Assembly (NCBI GenBank): GCA_963422435.1
Contig: OY729511.1
Span: 549,420-613,419 of the forward strand
Length of the DNA stretch: 64,000 nucleotides
Direction of reading: 5' to 3'
Source: Candidatus Binatia bacterium
GTDB lineage: Bacteria; Desulfobacterota; Binatia; Bin18
Under the pieces are notes generated by a model. It did no database searches. It saw only the letters and a list, made by a program, of their open reading frames with translations, and had not been told where the DNA came from. The position numbers and the translations under genes are program-made. Of the stretch, positions 1 through 9,991 are shown piece after piece; position 1 is the first letter of the stretch, and each line of letters starts with the position of its first letter.

Positions 1-1
1 T

Positions 2-430
2 GAGCGAGCGGTGGCTCTCGACCCGAACGACGCGGACAATTACGCCTGGTTCGGAAACGCGCTGACTTTCGCGGGGCGACCACAGGAAGCCCTGCGGCTC
101 ATCCAGCAAGCTATCCGCCTCAACCCCCGCTATCCGTTTCTCTATCTGTACTTCCTGGGGCATACCTACCGCCTGCTCGGTCAGACTGAGGAGTCCATCA
201 CCATCTTGAAGCGCACGCTCGCCCACAACCCGGACTTTCTGCCGGCCTATTATAATCTGCTCCTGGCCTCGGTTGAGTTGGGCCGCCTTGAAGAGGCCCG
301 GGCTTTAGCAACGGAGATTCTCCGCCTCAGCCCCAACTTCTCGGTCACAACCATGAACCAAGTGCTTCCGTACAAAGACCCCGCCAGCCTCGACCGTATT
401 CTGGCCGCCTTTCGGGCGGCCGGCTTATGA
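2..430 (+). CDS. TPR-repeat protein, C-terminal part only (5' end outside window)
   Basis: Frame is open from base 2 (ERAVALDPNDA...). Helical TPR-like units such as ALRLIQQAIRLNPRYP and LAHNPDF resemble C-termini of adenylate cyclase/TolB-TPR proteins. Confidence 0.75.
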   Translation, partial: ERAVALDPNDADNYAWFGNALTFAGRPQEALRLIQQAIRLNPRYPFLYLYFLGHTYRLLGQTEESITILKRTLAHNPDFLPAYYNLLLASVELGRLEEARALATEILRLSPNFSVTTMNQVLPYKDPASLDRILAAFRAAGL

Positions 431-463
431 GGAAGACGCTAAAGATTGAGTTCTTTTTCGAGC

Positions 464-491
464 GCCTGAACGCAAAATGCGTTCAGGCTTT
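464..491. terminator. Hairpin terminator between convergent genes
   Basis: 11-bp perfect stem GCCTGAACGCA/TGCGTTCAGGC with a 3-nt loop, followed by TTT. Confidence 0.6.
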
Positions 492-514
492 GGTCGGCTT
501 TGCGGGAGATTCTC

Positions 515-1468
515 CTACGCCGTCAGCCCGGCCGTCTCGGGCAGCCCCAGCATCAGGTTCACATTCTGAATGGCGACGCCGCAGGCGCCCTTCCCCAGAT
601 TATCGAGAATCGCGACCAACAGGACATGGCCGGCGGGATGGGGCGCGACGTGGATGTCCATACGATTGGTGTCGTTACAGGCCTGCGGGTCGAAGCTGCG
701 TTCGTTGGTTTCCAAGGGCCGCTCGTTGGGCAAAACCCTTATGAAAGGCTCATGTCGATAGCGCTCCCGTAAGACCTCCCAAATCGTATCGCCCGCTCCA
801 GCTTGCAGAAGACCGGTATGAAGCGGCACCTGGACCCGCATACCGCAACGGAACGGACCGACCGCGGGTACGAAGTATGGTGCACAGTCGAGCAGACTGT
901 ACTTCGTCATTTCCGGAACATGCTTATGCACCCGCTCCAGCGCATACGGCGCTTCGTACCCTAACGCGCCCAAGCCCGGCTCGGCATCCTCCCATTTCTC
1001 AATCAGCGGTCGTCCGCCGCCCGAATAGCCGGACAGCGCATGAATGGAAACCGGCGTATATTTCGCGATCAGGCCAGCATCAATTAATGGCCGGACTAAC
1101 AGCAGAAAGGCCGAGGGATAGCAGCCGGGATTGGCAACATATTTTGCCCGCCGAATGGCCGCGCGCTGGGCGGGCTGGAGTTCCGGCAGACCATATACCC
1201 AGCCGTCCTCGACTCGATGCGCCGTACTCGCATCAATCAGACGGGTGTTCGTGTGCGCGGCCCAGCCCGCAGCCTCGTGCGACGCGGCATCGGGCAGACA
1301 CAGAATGGCCACGTCCGCTTCGTCCAACACCGCCCGCCGCGCCGTATCACTCTTGCGCTGCGCTTCGGATACGGTCAATAATTCGATGTCGTTTCGTCCT
1401 CCCAGCCATTCCCGGATACGTAGACCGGTCGTGCCGACATGACCGTCGATATAGACTTTCGGGGGCAT
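515..1468 (-). CDS. argC: N-acetyl-gamma-glutamyl-phosphate reductase (type 2)
   Basis: KVYIDGHVGTTG nucleotide-binding loop, IDASTAHR, catalytic ANPGCYP, SGYSGGG and DNLGKGA. Start chosen at MPPKV. Confidence 0.95.
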   Translation of the reverse strand: MPPKVYIDGHVGTTGLRIREWLGGRNDIELLTVSEAQRKSDTARRAVLDEADVAILCLPDAASHEAAGWAAHTNTRLIDASTAHRVEDGWVYGLPELQPAQRAAIRRAKYVANPGCYPSAFLLLVRPLIDAGLIAKYTPVSIHALSGYSGGGRPLIEKWEDAEPGLGALGYEAPYALERVHKHVPEMTKYSLLDCAPYFVPAVGPFRCGMRVQVPLHTGLLQAGAGDTIWEVLRERYRHEPFIRVLPNERPLETNERSFDPQACNDTNRMDIHVAPHPAGHVLLVAILDNLGKGACGVAIQNVNLMLGLPETAGLTA

Positions 1469-1697
1469 GGTCCTCACCGTCCTCGCGCGATCTTGTTTAT
1501 TATACGGGGTGGTTTCCTGCTGTGGCAACGCGGACTCCTCCCAGCCTCGACCCGGGCGAGCGGATCGAAAACTGAACGCTCACTCAACGTATCTGGCCCT
1601 ATCGCTTGACAGACTGTTTCGGAGTATGCCACAGATGAGGAATCCGTACACACACCATCATTAAGGAAGCAAGGCTTTCTTTGAAGAGGAGGGTAAT

Positions 1698-2807
1698 ATG
1701 GCAAAGCTACGCGTGATCTCGGCAGACTCGCACATGATGGAGCCAGCCGATCTGTGGCAGCAACGTTTGGACAACAAATTCCGTGACCAAGCGCCAAAAG
1801 TGGTCGAAAACCCGAAGAATCCGGGCTTCATCTTTGTGGCGGATGGCATCGCCCCCTTTCCTGTTGCCGGCGGGTTCGGAGCCGGACGGTCTGGAGAAGA
1901 GTTGAAAGACCATATGAGCAAGGGCTATGAAGCCGCCCGGCCGAGTGGCTGGGACCCGATTGAGCGCATCAAAGACCAGGAGATCGACGGAGTCGAAGCC
2001 GAGGTGCTCTACACTACGTTGGGCATGCCGCTCTTCGGGCTGCCGAATGCCGACCTGCAGCGGGCCTGCTTCCGCGCCTATAACGACTGGGTCGCGGAGT
2101 TCTGTTCGCATAACCCCAAACGCTTGTACGGCATCAGCTTGATCTCCCTCGAAGATATTGATGCGGGCGTCAAAGAGTTGGAGCGGACGCATAAGCAGGG
2201 GATGCGCGGTGCCATGATCTGGGGTTCGCCACCGGAAGACAAGCCGTATAGCAGCCACGCGTATAATCCCTTTTGGCAGGCCGCCGCGGAACTCCATATG
2301 CCGCTCTCACTCCACGTGATTACCGGCAAGAGTAAGGAGAGCAAGGTCGATTTTTCGCAGATCAGCCTGTTCTATATGAATGTGATCCACGAAGTGCAAC
2401 GTTCCCTGTCCACCCTCGTGTTTGGTGGCGTATTGGAACGGTTTCCCGAACTGAAAATTGTTTCCGCCGAAAATGACACGGGCTGGTTCCCGCACTTCAT
2501 GTATCGTATGGACCATGCCTACGATAAATTCCACGCTATGGAAAAAGAGCCCCTGCCGATGAAGCCGAGCGAATATGTCCGGCGGCAGATATGGGCGACC
2601 TTCCAGGACGACCCGGTCGGTCCGGCGACCTATAAGATCTTTGGCGAGGACAATTACATGTGGGCGTCCGACTTCCCGCATACCGACTCAACCTGGCCGG
2701 AATCCCGGCAGTGGATCAAGAAGGACTTCAACGGCGTGCCGGAAGACATCACCCGCAAGATCGTCTTTGAGAATGCGGTCAAGGCATACCGGATGGACCT
2801 GGACTAG
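1698..2807 (+). CDS. Amidohydrolase family 2 protein
   Basis: ISADSH metal motif, LYTT, SLHVITG and WASDFPH; GAGG RBS. Confidence 0.9.
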   Translation: MAKLRVISADSHMMEPADLWQQRLDNKFRDQAPKVVENPKNPGFIFVADGIAPFPVAGGFGAGRSGEELKDHMSKGYEAARPSGWDPIERIKDQEIDGVEAEVLYTTLGMPLFGLPNADLQRACFRAYNDWVAEFCSHNPKRLYGISLISLEDIDAGVKELERTHKQGMRGAMIWGSPPEDKPYSSHAYNPFWQAAAELHMPLSLHVITGKSKESKVDFSQISLFYMNVIHEVQRSLSTLVFGGVLERFPELKIVSAENDTGWFPHFMYRMDHAYDKFHAMEKEPLPMKPSEYVRRQIWATFQDDPVGPATYKIFGEDNYMWASDFPHTDSTWPESRQWIKKDFNGVPEDITRKIVFENAVKAYRMDLD

Positions 2808-2834
2808 TCAGCCTCGCCGATTCGTCTGAAGCGC

Positions 2835-2872
2835 AAAGGGTCGGGGAGTCTTCCCTGACCCTTTTGTTTTTC
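2835..2872 (+). terminator. Rho-independent terminator
   Basis: Stem AAAGGGTCGGGGA/TCCCTGACCCTTT followed by a T-rich tail. Confidence 0.75.
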
Positions 2873-2934
2873 TTCGCCAGAAAGGTCCGAGTCGTTTGCA
2901 CCGTGCGGTTTTGGCCAGTACCAGAGGAGAGTCT

Positions 2935-3408
2935 ATGTCTCATTCAGGCAGGATGTTGTTCGCGCTCGTTGGAGGAATAGCCCTTTCTTGTCTGCTTCCC
3001 GCGGCTGCCCTGGCGTGCCGCTGTTTGCCGCCTCCGTCACCGGGTTTTGGGATGGAAAAGTCAGATGTCGTCTTTGTCGGGAAAGCGACCGACGTGGAAA
3101 CGATAGAAGCGGATGGCTGGCTGTACGGCTCGTTCAAACAGATGATGGGCTCAGAGCAGCTGTACGAGTTTGAGACCATACGGGTGACGCTGGAGGTCAC
3201 GACACCGATTAAGGCGGCAGATGAATCTCCCCTGGTTATCGAAACGCTGGCCTCACCGGAACAGTGCGGCATCCCGTTTCAGACCGGGCAAGAGTATTTC
3301 GTGTATGCCTACCGCGGTCCGCAGGGCGATTTGAAAACCGATATGTGTACCCGGACCGCTACGGTCGCCCAGGCGGCTGAGGATATTGAAGACCTCGTTG
3401 AAAAATAA
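2935..3408 (+). CDS. Secreted TIMP/NTR-like protein
   Basis: Signal peptide ending ALA, then CRC; later QCGIPF, YFVYAY and MCTRT; GAGGAG RBS. Confidence 0.6.
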   Translation: MSHSGRMLFALVGGIALSCLLPAAALACRCLPPPSPGFGMEKSDVVFVGKATDVETIEADGWLYGSFKQMMGSEQLYEFETIRVTLEVTTPIKAADESPLVIETLASPEQCGIPFQTGQEYFVYAYRGPQGDLKTDMCTRTATVAQAAEDIEDLVEK

Positions 3409-3442
3409 TGGGCGCTCAGGAAGCGCGACGCCTCAACCCGTG

Positions 3443-4258
3443 TCACGCCTCCCCTCCCCCGTTCAGGAAAACGATCATATCCTCGAACGCTCGGGGGTCC
3501 TGCGTAAAGAAGAGATGGCCGCCTTCAAATAGCGCCATCTGGGAAGTCGCAATCTGCCGGTGCAGCGCTTCCTGATTCGCGACCGGGGCGACCCCGTCAT
3601 ACCGTCCACCACAGATCAGCACCGGCATCCTGAGCTGAGGCAAGCGGCTATAGGTGTCGTGTTTTTGGCGCGCCTCGACCTGGCGGCGTGCCCCGACGGC
3701 CGCGCCGGGCTCGGCTGCACTTCCCGCTCGGATGGCCAGCATCTCATCGAGCAAGGTCTGGAACTCCTGGCCGTTGGCCGCCTGCCAGGCCGCGTCCCGG
3801 CGCACATCGCTCAGCTCGACTACCCGGCGCGCCCAGTCCTGCGGAGAGAGCTGAGCGAGTTCGTGCAGGGGATACGAGGCCCTACCCTCCCCGCCGCTGC
3901 TGGTACAGCCGAGTACTAAACGCTGCGCCCGGTTCGGATAGCGCAGGGCAAATTCCTGCGCGACCATGCCGCCGAAAGAGATGCCCATGACCAGGCACTC
4001 GTCCCACCCGAGCGCGTGGAGGAGTCCATCCGCATCAGCCGCATAGTCCGCCATGGTATAGGCCATGTCAGGTTTGTCCGTTTGGCCCAGGCCACGCTGG
4101 TCATAGGCCAGGACCTCAAAATGCTCGGTCAGCGGCGAATCAAACGCATTCGGCGAACGCCGCAGATCTCCGCCCGTTCCGCTGATGTACAGCAGACGCG
4201 GTCCGGCCCCGCGCATCTCGTAATACATTCGAATGTCCCGGACAGCAGCAAATGGCAT
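3443..4258 (-). CDS. Alpha/beta hydrolase
   Basis: YDQRGLG, GISFGG nucleophile elbow, YDGV and GGH. Confidence 0.9.
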   Translation of the reverse strand: MPFAAVRDIRMYYEMRGAGPRLLYISGTGGDLRRSPNAFDSPLTEHFEVLAYDQRGLGQTDKPDMAYTMADYAADADGLLHALGWDECLVMGISFGGMVAQEFALRYPNRAQRLVLGCTSSGGEGRASYPLHELAQLSPQDWARRVVELSDVRRDAAWQAANGQEFQTLLDEMLAIRAGSAAEPGAAVGARRQVEARQKHDTYSRLPQLRMPVLICGGRYDGVAPVANQEALHRQIATSQMALFEGGHLFFTQDPRAFEDMIVFLNGGGEA

Positions 4259-4297
4259 CGTGGCCCTCCAGCCCTGGCAGCGTTTCCGCCGCCGCGG

Positions 4298-5140
4298 TTA
4301 CGCAACCTTGGAGATAAACGCGGCGTATTTGTCCAACAACGGGAAGACCGCCTCTTTCCCTTCGGACGGCACAAAAAATACCGCCCGCTCCGCTCCCAAC
4401 TCGCGGTAGTTTTGCAGCACCGCCTCATCTTCGGGAGCGCCCAGGAAAGAGAGCGCAATCTCATCCGGTTGACGACCCGCCCTTTCCGCTCGGGTCCGAA
4501 GATCGTTCACGACCGCCGGCAGGTCTTTATACGCCTGCGCATTGGGAAACCAGCCATCGCAGTAGCGCACCACGCGGTCGAGTCCGTTTGCGGTGTGGGA
4601 GCCCAGGATGATGGGCGGATGGGGTTTCTGCACGGGCTTCGGGTAGGACCAGATCGAATCGAAGTCGACAAACTCGCCGTGGTACTCGGCTTCCTCCTCG
4701 GTCCAAATGGCTTTCATCGCCTCAATTTTCTCACGTAAGACCTTCCAGCGGCGTTTGAACGGCGTCCCGTGGTTCTCCATCTCTTCGGCGTTTCATCCAC
4801 CACCGATACCAAAGAGCAGGCGCCCGTCGGAGAGCTGATCAACCGAGGCCACCGCGTTGGCCATCGTAATCGGGTCACGCTCCAGGGCGAGACAAATCCC
4901 ACTCCCGATTTTGATGTGGGAGGTGACGGCGGCGGCGGTGAGCGCCACAAACAGGTCGTGCGTATGCCAGTACTCCTTGGGCAAATCGCCCCCAAGGGGA
5001 AAGGGGGTCCGGCGGCTGGCCGGGATATGGGTGTGTTCCGGGTACCACACGGACTCAAAGCCGCGTTCTTCACAGGCAACGGCCAGATCATCCGGCCGGA
5101 GCGAATAGTCCGTGGCAAACATCTCAATACCGAGTTTCAT
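4298..5140 (-). pseudogene. LLM-class F420-dependent oxidoreductase interrupted by one in-frame TGA
   Basis: The two halves are in frame: GIGGG-TGA(4793-4795)-NAEEMENHG. The intact paralogue at 31679 has W at this position (GIGAGW). Confidence 0.85.
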
Positions 5141-5223
5141 CTGACCCTCCTTAGGCGTTGGCACTCTGCGCCCGTCATGACACCCTGTACAGCCAAAGTC
5201 AAGCAATACACGGGCGAAGCGCG

Positions 5224-5252
5224 TTGACGCTCACCAGGGGGAACGATAGGCT
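5224..5252 (+). promoter_or_regulatory. Putative sigma70 promoter
   Basis: TTGACG-17nt-TAGGCT upstream of the SfnB-like pair. Confidence 0.45.
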
Positions 5253-5295
5253 ACGGGGCTCTCTTTTAGAGCTGGGTAAAGGAGTTATCGTGGTG

Positions 5296-6576
5296 ATGAG
5301 CAGGGAAGACAGTGCAAGCCAAACAGACCATTCAGGAGCGAACGGAGCGCCTCGGACCGAGGACCTGGAGGACTTCGGCCCGCCACGTCCAACCACACCC
5401 GCCCATATTATTCAGGACGACCGGGAAGCGATTGATATTGCCCACCGTTTGGCAAAAGACTTTGCCCAGGAAGCGGCGCTGCGGGACCGGGAACGCCGCC
5501 TGCCAGTCGCCGAGTTGGACGCATTCTCGCAGAGCGGCTTGTGGGGCATGACCGTGCCCAAGACCTATGGCGGCGCTGCGGTCTCCTATGTCACGGTGGG
5601 CGAGGTGATTAAAATTATCTCCGCCGCCGACCCATCGCTCGGGCAAATCCCGCAAAACCATCTTGCCGTCCTCGATCTGATGCGTCTGAGCGCCAGCGAG
5701 GAGCAGAAGCGGTTCTTTTTCGGCGAGGTCCTGAAGGGCCTGCGTCTTGGCAACGCTTTTTCCGAACGAGGGAGTAAAACCGCCGGTCATTTTGAGACAC
5801 AGATCCGTCGCCAGGGAGATGGTTATGTGATCACTGGACAGAAATTTTATTCCAGCGGCGCGCTGCTCGCCCACATGGTGCCGGTCGCCGCTACGGATGA
5901 GCACCAGAAAACCCAGATCGCCTTTGTTGAGCGCGACAACCGGGGGCTGCGCATTATTGATGACTGGTCGAGTTTCGGCCAACGCACGACGGCCAGCGGG
6001 ACCGTTCTGCTGGAGAACGCCTTCGTCCCGGCCAGCCATGTCATCCCGGCCCATCTCGCCTACGATACCCCAACCGCCAACGGCCCGGTCGCCCAGATTA
6101 TTCATGCCGGCGTCGATCTCGGCCTCGCCCAGGCCGCTATTGATGAAACCATCCACTTTGTCCGTAGTTATACCCGTCCCTGGATCGATAGCGGTCAGGA
6201 GCACGGCTATGAGGACCTGTACTCTATTGCGCAAATAGGCGACCTCAAAATGCGCCTGCACGCGGCGGAAGCGCTCCTGGCTCGTTCCGGTCACGCGGTC
6301 GATGCGGCCATTGCCAACCCGCATGAAGACAGCGTGGCCGCGGCCTCGATTGCCGTGGCCGAAGCAAAAGTCGTGACCACGGAAATTGCCATTCAGGCGA
6401 CCAATAAATTGTTTGAACTCGCCGGCACCCGCTCAACCCTGGAGGAGTACAACCTGGACCGCCACTGGCGCAACGCACGCACGCATACACTGCACGATCC
6501 CGTCCGGTGGAAGTTTCAGGCAATCGGCAATTACTATCTGAATAATATCAAGCCGCCCCGCCACGCGTGGCTATAA
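5296..6576 (+). CDS. SfnB/DszC-family flavin-dependent sulfur-acquisition oxidoreductase (acyl-CoA dehydrogenase fold)
   Basis: LGQIPQNH, GNAFSE, DDWSSFGQRTTASG and LDRHWRNARTHTLHDP. Confidence 0.9.
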   Translation: MSREDSASQTDHSGANGAPRTEDLEDFGPPRPTTPAHIIQDDREAIDIAHRLAKDFAQEAALRDRERRLPVAELDAFSQSGLWGMTVPKTYGGAAVSYVTVGEVIKIISAADPSLGQIPQNHLAVLDLMRLSASEEQKRFFFGEVLKGLRLGNAFSERGSKTAGHFETQIRRQGDGYVITGQKFYSSGALLAHMVPVAATDEHQKTQIAFVERDNRGLRIIDDWSSFGQRTTASGTVLLENAFVPASHVIPAHLAYDTPTANGPVAQIIHAGVDLGLAQAAIDETIHFVRSYTRPWIDSGQEHGYEDLYSIAQIGDLKMRLHAAEALLARSGHAVDAAIANPHEDSVAAASIAVAEAKVVTTEIAIQATNKLFELAGTRSTLEEYNLDRHWRNARTHTLHDPVRWKFQAIGNYYLNNIKPPRHAWL

Positions 6577-6595
6577 AAGAAGCCAAGGAGAATAT

Positions 6596-7855
6596 ATGAG
6601 CCAGGCGTCCTCGCAAGCCACCGCCCCACCGGATCAAGCTCTTCGAGTCGCCGCGCCAATGCCGCGGGTTGAGGCTCCCGCCCATATTATTCGTGACGGA
6701 CCGGAAGCCCTGGCAGTGGCTCGGCGTCTCGCCGAGCGCTTTCAGCAGGGGTCGGCCGAGCGCGACCGAGAGCGCCGCCTGCCGCGTAAAGAATTGGACG
6801 AATTCTCGCAGAGCGGCTTATGGGGCCTCACCATCCCGAAAGCCTATGGTGGGGCGGAAGTGTCCTTCTCTACCGCGGCCGAAGTCACGGCCATCATTTC
6901 CGCCGCAGATTCTTCTTTAGGCCAGATTCCGCAGAACCATTACTATATGGTCGAAGCCGTCCGAACAGATGGGACCGAGGAGCAGAAGCGATTCTTCTTT
7001 AGCCGGGTGCTGGAGGGTGATCGCTTTGGGAATGCCTTTGTCGAGGTCGGCACCAAAACGGTCTTTGACTTTCAGGCGCGTCTCACGGCCTCCGGCGACA
7101 CGTTCCTCCTGAATGGCAAGAAGTTCTATTCCACGGGTGCGCTGTTTGCCCACTGGGTACCGGCCGTCGCCAAGGACAACCAGGGCCGGATTGCCATCGT
7201 CTTTGTCACGCGTGATGCGCCGGGGGTCACCATCATCGACGACTGGTCGGGTTTCGGCCAGCGGACCACGGCCAGCGGGACCGCGCTGTTCGAGAATGTC
7301 GCAGTCGAGCCTTTTCACATTATCGACCACCAGGCCGCGTTTGAGCGGCCCACCCCGATGGGCGCCGTCGCCCAGATTTTTCATACCGCGGTCGATGTCG
7401 GCATCGCCCGCGCAGCCCTGGCCGAGACGATCGCCTTTGTCCGTCAGTATACGCGTCCGTGGATCGATAGCGGCCAAGAGCACGGCTACGAAGATCCGTA
7501 CACAATTCATCAGATTGGCGAGCTTGAGGTCCGGGTGCACGCCTCGGACGCCTTGCTCGAACGGGCGGGCCGTTTTGTGGACGCGGCGGTCGCCTCACCA
7601 ACCCAGGAGAACGTCTCTCAAGCCTCGATTGCCGTGGCCGAGGCAAAAGCCATGGCCACGGAAGTCTCTGTGCTGACGACAAACACGTTGTTTGAGTTGG
7701 CCGGCACTCGCTCAACCCTGGAGGAGTACAACCTGGACCGGCACTGGCGCAACGCCCGTACCCATACCCTGCACGATCCCGTGCGCTGGAAATATCACGC
7801 CATTGGGAACTATTGGCTGAACGGCGTACCGCCGCCGCGGCACGGGGCGAGTTAG
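6596..7855 (+). CDS. SfnB/DszC-family oxidoreductase, tandem paralogue
   Basis: Same motifs as the upstream copy (LGQIPQNH, DDWSGFGQRTTASG, RHWRNARTHTLHDP). Confidence 0.9.
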   Translation: MSQASSQATAPPDQALRVAAPMPRVEAPAHIIRDGPEALAVARRLAERFQQGSAERDRERRLPRKELDEFSQSGLWGLTIPKAYGGAEVSFSTAAEVTAIISAADSSLGQIPQNHYYMVEAVRTDGTEEQKRFFFSRVLEGDRFGNAFVEVGTKTVFDFQARLTASGDTFLLNGKKFYSTGALFAHWVPAVAKDNQGRIAIVFVTRDAPGVTIIDDWSGFGQRTTASGTALFENVAVEPFHIIDHQAAFERPTPMGAVAQIFHTAVDVGIARAALAETIAFVRQYTRPWIDSGQEHGYEDPYTIHQIGELEVRVHASDALLERAGRFVDAAVASPTQENVSQASIAVAEAKAMATEVSVLTTNTLFELAGTRSTLEEYNLDRHWRNARTHTLHDPVRWKYHAIGNYWLNGVPPPRHGAS

Positions 7856-7897
7856 CCTCAGCCCCTCTCGCCTGTAAAAGGCAGGCAGCGCTCCGTA

Positions 7898-8620
7898 TTA
7901 ACTCGGGGTGTGCTCCGCCAGAAAGCGCTCGACCGCCCGCTTGACAGCCGGGTGATGCTCAGGCTCTTTCCAGCGCTCAACCAGCGTTGCCTTGGGGGCG
8001 AGCGCGGCAATCTCTCGGGAGGTCTCCTGTGGATGATAGAGGTCATCGCCCAAGAGGACTAAGAGCGGCGTTTGACACTGAGAGACAAACTCTTTCGAGA
8101 CGTTGAAGAGAAAGTCGCCGCTGTACATATTTGTTTTGAACGACTCCCACGCCTCGTTACTCACCTCGGGCCGCCCCGGTTTCAGCTCGGCGGCCCAGCC
8201 ATCAAACATATCAAAAAACGCCTGACGGTTATCGGACAGCCCAATCGTCTGAAAGAGAATGGCCGACGCAACCCGCTGTGGCGCGGCCTGGATGAGGCCC
8301 ATGCAGTAGGGTCCGCCAATGCACATGCCGGCCACATGGAAATTCTCAACCCCCAAATGATCCAGCAATGCCAGTTGGTCTGCCGTGTAGGTATGCCAGC
8401 TATCCGCGGCACTGACCGGGGCGGTTGATTGTCCGGCGTTGCTTTGGTCCATTGCAATAACGCGATAGCTGGGCGCAAGCTGCTCAATCGGGTTCCAGGG
8501 AGTTTTCTCCCAAAAAGACACGGACGAACGCATCCCGCCCGGTGCGATGAGTAAGATCGGAAATCCTGCGCCCTGCTCTTCGTAATACAACTTGGTCTCG
8601 CCACGTTCGAATATCGGCAT
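7898..8620 (-). CDS. Alpha/beta hydrolase (Cys at nucleophile elbow)
   Basis: APGGM oxyanion loop, MDQSNAG and GMCIGG. Confidence 0.85.
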   Translation of the reverse strand: MPIFERGETKLYYEEQGAGFPILLIAPGGMRSSVSFWEKTPWNPIEQLAPSYRVIAMDQSNAGQSTAPVSAADSWHTYTADQLALLDHLGVENFHVAGMCIGGPYCMGLIQAAPQRVASAILFQTIGLSDNRQAFFDMFDGWAAELKPGRPEVSNEAWESFKTNMYSGDFLFNVSKEFVSQCQTPLLVLLGDDLYHPQETSREIAALAPKATLVERWKEPEHHPAVKRAVERFLAEHTPS

Positions 8621-8791
8621 ACCTGTTTCCCTTCACTTTTTTACCGGAGGATAGAAACTTCCGGCGCCCTTTGCAAGCTACACCCGGCACCGATCGGGCC
8701 GGACGCTTGACATGGGCGTACGGCAATAGGCTAAAGTGACCCCATATTGCTCAGGAATTCTCAATCTTCCAGATGAAGGAAGGAATGGACG

Positions 8792-9925
8792 ATGAAACAG
8801 TATCGTGTCATATCGGCTGACTCGCACGCCATCGAACCCCCTGACCTGTGGCAATGCTATCTGCCCCACGCCTATAAAGACCGCGGGCCACGTGTCATTT
8901 CGGAATCCACAGGAGATATCTGGGTGTGTGAGGGCATGCCGTCGCATATCGCAAAACGTCCGATGGGTGCGGTGGCAAGAAACAGAGAGAAGGCCTACGC
9001 CGCGGCGGCAGCCGGCGATAAACGCTACGCCACGGATGCGAACGATTGGAACCCGGATGCGCGGGTGGAGTATATGCGGCAGGATGGGGTGGATGCCGAG
9101 GTGCTGTATCCGAATTACGCCATGCGGGCCTTTGGTATTCCCGACCCGGGCCTGCAACAGGCCGTCTGCCAAGCATATAATGACTGGCTGAGTGATTTTT
9201 GCAGCACCCATCCACGGGAATTATCCGGCATTGCCCTCATACCGGTCTCTGATGTGGGCTGGGCAATACGGGAGTGCCGCCGAGCCAGGGAAAAGGGGCT
9301 GGTTGGGGTGCTGTTGCCCCAGGATACCCTCGACGGCTCACGCTATTCGGCAGCCCAATGGGACCCGCTGTGGGCGACGCTGGCCGAACTCGGCCTGCCG
9401 CTCAGTCTGCATATTATTGCCTCCGGCCATGCCAACACCCATTGGACGCGAGATGAAACGGGCGAAGAAAGCGCGGCGGTCGGCTATGCGGTCCTGCCGG
9501 TACGCATGGCGCGGGCGTTTGGCACGTTTATCCTGGAGGGTGTGTTTGACCGTCATCCGGGTTTGAAGCTGATTTCCGCCGAGAACGAACTGTCGTGGGC
9601 CGCCAATTTTCTGGGTCGCCTGGACTGGGGCTATCATCGTCGCACTATGGCCAAAGACCCCATGGTCCGGTGTCGGCGCTTACCCAGCGAGTATTGGCAC
9701 GAGCACTGTTATCTGACGTTTATTGATGACCTGCCGGGCGTCATGCTGCGCGAGTTCATCGGGGTGGACCGCATCATGTGGTCGTCAGACTTTCCCCACC
9801 TCGACAGCAGTTGGCCCGCATCCCAGCACTTCTTGGAGAAACATCTGGCGGCTGTCCCCGCAGATGAGGCCCGACCGATTGTCGCGGAGACTTGCGCGCG
9901 CTTGTATGGTTTGGGGGAAGTTTGA
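8792..9925 (+). CDS. Amidohydrolase family 2 protein
   Basis: ISADSH, LYPN, SLHII and WSSDFPH. Confidence 0.9.
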   Translation: MKQYRVISADSHAIEPPDLWQCYLPHAYKDRGPRVISESTGDIWVCEGMPSHIAKRPMGAVARNREKAYAAAAAGDKRYATDANDWNPDARVEYMRQDGVDAEVLYPNYAMRAFGIPDPGLQQAVCQAYNDWLSDFCSTHPRELSGIALIPVSDVGWAIRECRRAREKGLVGVLLPQDTLDGSRYSAAQWDPLWATLAELGLPLSLHIIASGHANTHWTRDETGEESAAVGYAVLPVRMARAFGTFILEGVFDRHPGLKLISAENELSWAANFLGRLDWGYHRRTMAKDPMVRCRRLPSEYWHEHCYLTFIDDLPGVMLREFIGVDRIMWSSDFPHLDSSWPASQHFLEKHLAAVPADEARPIVAETCARLYGLGEV

Positions 9926-9991
9926 TCCGATTTTTCTTACTGACTGAGTATAGGTGTAATGGTCATCTTTGAGAGATATGCTCTCTATAAT

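Noticed and set aside
8707-8737. Sigma70 promoter upstream of the 8792 amidohydrolase
   Set aside because: TTGACA is present, but candidate -10 boxes lie at 14- or 19-nt spacing.
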